This document shows positions 59,481-64,000 of a stretch of DNA of 64,000 nt, piece by piece. Made by a program: the position numbers and the translations under genes. Position 1 is the stretch's first letter. Each line of letters begins with the position of its first letter. Location: positions 64,477 to 128,476 of the forward strand of contig CAIOMD010000007.1 in NCBI GenBank assembly GCA_903859365.1. The letters are read 5' to 3'. The DNA is from an uncultured Candidatus Saccharibacteria bacterium (GTDB lineage Bacteria; Patescibacteriota; Saccharimonadia; Saccharimonadales; CAIOMD01). The notes beneath the pieces are model-generated. The model was not told the origin of the DNA and did no database searches. It was given only the letters and a program-made list of their open reading frames with translations.

Positions 59481-60098
59481 ATGGCACGTGATACACAATC
59501 TATAACCAAAATGAGCCGACGTGAAGGCTATGCACTTCACCCTAAAGCACTAAAACACATGGTAAAGCGATCTACCATTCCTGGACAACATGGTCGTAAC
59601 AATCGACGTACTACAACAAGTCAGTACTCACTTCAACTTCGAGAAAAGCAAAAAGTTAAACGACTGTATGGTCTATTAGAGCGTCAGTTTTCTAACTTAA
59701 TGGCTGAAGCCAATCGTAAAGAAGGCCAATCAGGCGCTGTTCTATTGCAACTACTTGAAAAAAGAGCCGACAACGTGGTCTACCGAGCCGGTTTTGCTAC
59801 AAGTCGACGAGCAGCACGACAACTCGTAAGCCATGGTCACTTCACTCTTAATGGACGTCGAATCGATATTCCGTCTATTCGTTTAAGTTCAGGCGACCTT
59901 CTTGTCGTTCGTGATCGAAGTAAACAAACTGAATATTTCAAGAAACTTGATGATATTACTGGAAACGTTGAACCATCAGTTAGCTGGGTAAAGGCTAATC
60001 GAAAGAAGTTTGAGATCACTGTAGTGGGCGAACCTTCACGAGCTGAAGCGGAACCAGAAATTAATGAGCAACTAATTGTTGAGTATTACTCACGTTAA
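59481..60098 (+). CDS. rpsD: 30S ribosomal protein S4
   Basis: QYSLQLREKQKVKRLYG, and an S4 domain with ARQLVSHGHF. Confidence 0.97.
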   Translation: MARDTQSITKMSRREGYALHPKALKHMVKRSTIPGQHGRNNRRTTTSQYSLQLREKQKVKRLYGLLERQFSNLMAEANRKEGQSGAVLLQLLEKRADNVVYRAGFATSRRAARQLVSHGHFTLNGRRIDIPSIRLSSGDLLVVRDRSKQTEYFKKLDDITGNVEPSVSWVKANRKKFEITVVGEPSRAEAEPEINEQLIVEYYSR

Positions 60099-60116
60099 TA
60101 GGAGAAGGTAACATAT

Positions 60117-61055
60117 ATGTCAAAAATAATTCACACCCCATCACTAGCCAACATCGAAGAACATTCTGATGTAAGTGCTAGTTTCGTGATAGAACCACTA
60201 CACACAGGTTACGGTATGACCCTTGGCAATAGCCTACGAAGAGTACTCCTATCAAGTATTGCCGGTGCTTCTGTGACAGCTTTTAAAATTGAAGGAGTAA
60301 GCCACGAATTTTCTACAGTTCCAGGCGTAAAAGAAGACGTTGTCGACATCATGCTTAATCTAAAAAGACTTAAGTTCCGAGTATTTAGCGATGAACCTCA
60401 AAATGTTCGTATCGAATTCAAGGGTAAAGGTATCGTTACTGGAAAAGACATAAAAGTTAATGCAGACGTTGAAGTAGTGAATCCTGAACAAGTAATTGCA
60501 ACAATCGATGACAGCAAAACTAACTTTGTCGTAGATCTTATTGTTGAAACAGGTCGTGGCTACCGAACTATTGAAGTTGGTGCTGCAAAAAAGCCAAGCG
60601 ACATGATTGCACTAGATGCTATCTTTAGCCCAGTGTTGCGAGTTCGCTATAAGGTAGAGCACACGCGTGTCGGTCAAATAACTGATTTAGATAAACTTAC
60701 GATCTCTATCGATACTGATAGTAGCATCACACCTAAAGATGCTTTCGAAGAAGCGGCCGCAATTCTTGTTAACCAATACACTGCACTTGCAGGTGCTACA
60801 CGAGTTGAAGTTGCTCCTGTACTTAAGTCAGCAGGTGTGAGCGACGTAGAGGGAAATGATGATCCGTCAGAACTTCTTGTATCAATTGAAGATCTTAACT
60901 TAACCGCACGCACTACAAATGCGCTTATTAATAACGAGATTCATACTCTTAAAGATCTATTTAGCCTTAGCGATGCTGAGCTACGCGACCTTAAAGGATT
61001 TGGCCAAAAAGCCCTTGATGAAGTTAAAGATAAGCTAGCGGAGATGGAGTTATAA
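60117..61055 (+). CDS. rpoA: DNA-directed RNA polymerase alpha subunit
   Basis: GYGMTLGNSLRRVLLSSI, and a C-terminal domain with LNLTARTTNAL. Confidence 0.97.
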   Translation: MSKIIHTPSLANIEEHSDVSASFVIEPLHTGYGMTLGNSLRRVLLSSIAGASVTAFKIEGVSHEFSTVPGVKEDVVDIMLNLKRLKFRVFSDEPQNVRIEFKGKGIVTGKDIKVNADVEVVNPEQVIATIDDSKTNFVVDLIVETGRGYRTIEVGAAKKPSDMIALDAIFSPVLRVRYKVEHTRVGQITDLDKLTISIDTDSSITPKDAFEEAAAILVNQYTALAGATRVEVAPVLKSAGVSDVEGNDDPSELLVSIEDLNLTARTTNALINNEIHTLKDLFSLSDAELRDLKGFGQKALDEVKDKLAEMEL

Positions 61056-61056
61056 G

Positions 61057-61539
61057 ATGCACCGTCACGGATATAAAGGTCGCAAATTTGGCCGAGAAAG
61101 AGATCAACGTCGCGCTCTTATGAAAGGGCTGGCTAGTAATCTCGCTATACACGAAAATATTGAAACAACCATATTTAAAGCTAAAGAATTAGTTCCTTAT
61201 TTTGAGAAGCTAATAACAAAAGCTAAGGTTGGCGATCTTCACAATCGGCGTCAAGTTATCTCCAAGATGGCTAACGTAGATAGTGCGCACAAGCTTGTTG
61301 ATGAAATTGCTCCTAAATTAACTGGTCGTAACAGTGGTCATTTACGAATTGAGCGGACAACTACACGGCGTGGAGATAATACCCAAATGGCTCGTGTGAG
61401 TTTCGTAGATGATCTTGCAGTTGCTGCAAAGCCTGTAAAGAAAACTGTTGAAGTCGCCGTTAAGGAGCCAGCTGCAAAAGCTAAAGCGCCCGTAAAAAAG
61501 GCACCAGCTAAAAAAGTAGCTAAGAAGGAAACGAAATAA
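61057..61539 (+). CDS. rplQ: 50S ribosomal protein L17 (Lys/Ala-rich C-terminal tail)
   Basis: MHRHGYKGRKFGRERDQRRALMKGLA. Confidence 0.96.
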   Translation: MHRHGYKGRKFGRERDQRRALMKGLASNLAIHENIETTIFKAKELVPYFEKLITKAKVGDLHNRRQVISKMANVDSAHKLVDEIAPKLTGRNSGHLRIERTTTRRGDNTQMARVSFVDDLAVAAKPVKKTVEVAVKEPAAKAKAPVKKAPAKKVAKKETK

Positions 61540-61970
61540 TGAAAACTTATAGCGCAAAACCATCAGAAGTAACCCGAGCTTGGTATGTTATTGATGCAAG
61601 CGAAGCACCTCTTGGTCGTGTCTCAACAAAGATTGCAACACTTCTAACTGGTAAAGGTAAACCTATGTTTACGCATCACATTGATTGCGGAGACTTCGTT
61701 GTAGTCATCAATACAGATAAGATCGTAGCTACAGGAACTAAAATGGACGATAAGATGTATTATCGCCATAGTCAGTATCCTGGAAGTCTTAAGGAAATTA
61801 ATCTGCGTGATAAAATTGCAAAAGATTCAACTGAAGTTCTACGACTTGCTGTAAAAGGCATGTTACCGAAGAATAAACTTATGGATGAGAGACTAAAGCG
61901 ATTGAAAATTTATAAGGATGAAATGCACAACAATGGTGCACAGAAACCTCAGAAAGTGAGTCTTAAGTAA
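61539..61970 (+). CDS. rplM: 50S ribosomal protein L13
   Basis: WYVIDASEAPLGRVSTKIATLLTGKGKP. Confidence 0.97.
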   Translation: MKTYSAKPSEVTRAWYVIDASEAPLGRVSTKIATLLTGKGKPMFTHHIDCGDFVVVINTDKIVATGTKMDDKMYYRHSQYPGSLKEINLRDKIAKDSTEVLRLAVKGMLPKNKLMDERLKRLKIYKDEMHNNGAQKPQKVSLK

Positions 61971-62374
61971 TGGCTGTTAAAACTCCAGAATATACCTACG
62001 CTCTTGGCCGAAGAAAAAGTGCCAGTGCACGTGCACGTCTTTTTAAGGGCAAGGGAAACATTACTGTAAATGGTAAACCAGCAGAAGAATATTTTGCAAG
62101 AAGCCAACAGTTACTTCGTGAAATTAACAAACCGTTTGCTCTTCTTGAAAAAGAAGGACAATTCGACGTAAGTATCGTTGTGGAAGGTGGCGGAAGCAAT
62201 GGACAAGCACTTGCTATTCGTCTTGCTATTTCAAAATCTCTTGTTGTTCTCAACGAAGATTACAAGAGCACTTTAAAACGAGCAGACTTACTTTCTCGTG
62301 ATCCAAGAGAAAAAGAACGTAAAAAGTTCGGTCTCAAGGGTGCCAGAAAACAAAGGCAATTCACCAAGCGTTAA
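61970..62374 (+). CDS. rpsI: 30S ribosomal protein S9
   Basis: GRRKSASARARL...ARKQRQFTKR. Confidence 0.97.
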   Translation: MAVKTPEYTYALGRRKSASARARLFKGKGNITVNGKPAEEYFARSQQLLREINKPFALLEKEGQFDVSIVVEGGGSNGQALAIRLAISKSLVVLNEDYKSTLKRADLLSRDPREKERKKFGLKGARKQRQFTKR

Positions 62375-62384
62375 TACTAACGAA

Positions 62385-62410
62385 AAACCCTCCCATGCGG
62401 AGGGTTTTTT
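62385..62410 (+). terminator. intrinsic terminator after rpsI
   Basis: AAACCCTCC-catgc-GGAGGGTTT followed by TTT. Confidence 0.8.
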
Positions 62411-62449
62411 ATATGCCCACGATCAGTTGCTAATGATATACTTAATACT

Positions 62450-63475
62450 ATGACCAAAGAAGTAATACTTACCGGAATACGCAGTAATGCAGAATTGACA
62501 CTTGGAAACTATCTTGGTGCTGTTCTTCCTATGGTGCAATTGCAAAAAGAAAAACATGAATCCTATGATCTTCATTTCTTTATTCCTGATTTACATAGTT
62601 TTACGACACCTGTTGATCACAGTACATTGTATGCACAAACGATTGACCATATACGGACATTTGCAGCCGCTGGGTTTGATCTAAATAACAAGTCTACTAA
62701 AATATACCGACAAAGCTTTATACCTGCTCACAGCGAGCTATTTACTATCTTAAATAACTTTGCATACATGGGTGAGTTAAGCAGAATGACGCAATTCAAA
62801 GATAAGAGCGAGCAAGCCGATACGGTATCAAGCGGTTTGTTTACCTACCCAGTTTTGATGGCTGCAGATATATTGCTCTACGGCGCTTCATGGGTGCCGC
62901 TCGGTGATGACCAAAAACAACACCTTGAATTAACTCGAGATTTAGCACTTCGTTTTAATAATAAATTTGGTGATACTTTTGTTGTTCCCCATGAATGGAA
63001 TAAACAGCTAGCATTTAGCCATCGTGATAGTGGTGTCAGGATTAGAAGCTTATCTAATCCAACTAAGAAAATGAGTAAGTCAGTTGATGATCCAAGAGGT
63101 ACTATTTTACTATCTGACACACCTGAAGAAGCTGCAAAGAAAATAATGTCTGCTACGACTGATGATTTAGCTGAAATTGATTTCGATTTTGAAAAACGGC
63201 CTGGAGTATCCAATCTGTTACAAATTGAATCACTCCTTACCGATCAAACGGTTGATCAAGTACTTGCGTCGTGGAAGGGTAAAAGTAATTATGGTGATCT
63301 TAAGACTGCAGTTGCCAAATCAGTTTCAGATTTCCTTAAATCGTATCAAGAAAAACTTTCTCAGATCTCATCTGAAATTGTTGAAGCAAAACTAGCTGAT
63401 GATGAAGAGTTTTTGAATGATCAAACCACAAACCTTCTACTTCAGGTTCAGAAATCTGTTGGCTTAAGAAGATAA
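62450..63475 (+). CDS. trpS: tryptophanyl-tRNA synthetase
   Basis: Class I enzyme with a KMSKS motif (TKKMSKSVDD) and GDDQKQHLELTRD. Confidence 0.93.
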   Translation: MTKEVILTGIRSNAELTLGNYLGAVLPMVQLQKEKHESYDLHFFIPDLHSFTTPVDHSTLYAQTIDHIRTFAAAGFDLNNKSTKIYRQSFIPAHSELFTILNNFAYMGELSRMTQFKDKSEQADTVSSGLFTYPVLMAADILLYGASWVPLGDDQKQHLELTRDLALRFNNKFGDTFVVPHEWNKQLAFSHRDSGVRIRSLSNPTKKMSKSVDDPRGTILLSDTPEEAAKKIMSATTDDLAEIDFDFEKRPGVSNLLQIESLLTDQTVDQVLASWKGKSNYGDLKTAVAKSVSDFLKSYQEKLSQISSEIVEAKLADDEEFLNDQTTNLLLQVQKSVGLRR

Positions 63476-63476
63476 T

Positions 63477-64000
63477 ATGGCAATGACGATAACTAACCAA
63501 GAGGGCCAAACTCAGCGGGCCGATATTATACTCGCCAATACTTTAACAGATTATTCAAGAGCTGCGTTATCGAAGCTATTCACAAAAGGTTTTGTTACGA
63601 AAGAGAGTGAAAAAATTAAAGCTGGTGCTAAAATTCGTCCTGATGAAAGTTTCCGAGTAGAACTTGAAGAGCTTGAAAAACCAGCTGAAGTACTCGATCT
63701 TCCTATTATCTATGAAGACGACAACGTTATCGTTATAGATAAACCAGTTGGAGTTATTTCCCACGCTCGGGGAAAATATTGGAATGAAGCATCTGTAGCC
63801 TCATTTGTGCGAGATAAGGTAAAAGATATAGACGGCGAACGGGCAGGTATTGTCCATCGCCTTGATAGAGCCACAAGTGGAGTTATGATTTGTGCTAAAA
63901 ACGCAGAAACTTTATCAATGTTGCAAAAACAGTTCTCTCAGCGAAAAACTAAAAAAATATATTTTGCAGTTGTCGAGGGAACACCTGAACCGTCCCATGC
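63477..64000 (+). CDS. RluA/RluD-family pseudouridine synthase (5' part, truncated by the window end)
   Basis: Hand translation from the ATG at 63477: MAMTITNQEG...IIYEDDNVIVIDKPVGVISH...GIVHRLDRATSGVMICAKN. The frame is open to the window edge, so it is not in the ORF track. Confidence 0.85.
   Translation, partial: MAMTITNQEGQTQRADIILANTLTDYSRAALSKLFTKGFVTKESEKIKAGAKIRPDESFRVELEELEKPAEVLDLPIIYEDDNVIVIDKPVGVISHARGKYWNEASVASFVRDKVKDIDGERAGIVHRLDRATSGVMICAKNAETLSMLQKQFSQRKTKKIYFAVVEGTPEPSH

Noticed and set aside
1-64000. An alternative genetic code (UGA as a sense codon, as in some CPR lineages), CRISPR arrays, and rRNA genes.
   Set aside because: TGA terminates well-conserved genes at their expected lengths (radA at 17949-17951, rsmD at 25135-25137). 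No repeat-spacer periodicity or rRNA-like conserved strings were seen in the few intergenic regions.

Overview
The window is a compact, AT-rich bacterial core-genome segment. About 65 genes sit almost end to end, many with 1-11 nt overlaps. TGA is used as a stop (radA, rsmD), so the standard bacterial code applies. Content, left to right: dnaE; a small accessory patch (CAP-domain membrane protein, TrmH-family methyltransferase, PilB/GspE ATPase, GT2 glycosyltransferase); rplS; a DAGK-like lipid kinase; pepN; nusA; clpC; a membrane HExxH protein; radA; a PIN-TRAM protein; a class A PBP; recG; a Zn-phospholipase-C-like protein; rsmD; tRNA-Leu(UAG); tyrS; hisS; a type IV pilin-like gene; tig; clpP. 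The right half is the translation/transcription supercluster: rpoB-rpoC-rpsL-rpsG-fusA-tuf-rpsJ, then rplC through rplO, secY, infA, rpmJ, rpsM-rpsK-rpsD-rpoA-rplQ, rplM-rpsI, trpS, and a truncated rluD-like gene. rpmD (L30), adk and map are absent from their usual slots. Together with the pilus genes and the compaction, this suggests a CPR/Patescibacteria genome, possibly Saccharibacteria-like; that placement is inference only. I found no rRNA, CRISPR array, transposase or integrase. The least ordinary part is a roughly 4.8 kb interruption between rpsJ and rplC (43.27-48.06 kb). It holds a G+C-rich, hairpin-dense orphan transcription unit (candidate structured RNA with partial tmRNA-like strings), an orphan 192-aa basic protein with its own promoter and terminator, an MprF-like aminoacyl-phosphatidylglycerol synthase domain protein, and pyrG. 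A new promoter and structured leader then precede rplC. Most of the window is ordinary housekeeping sequence, and interest scores are set accordingly.
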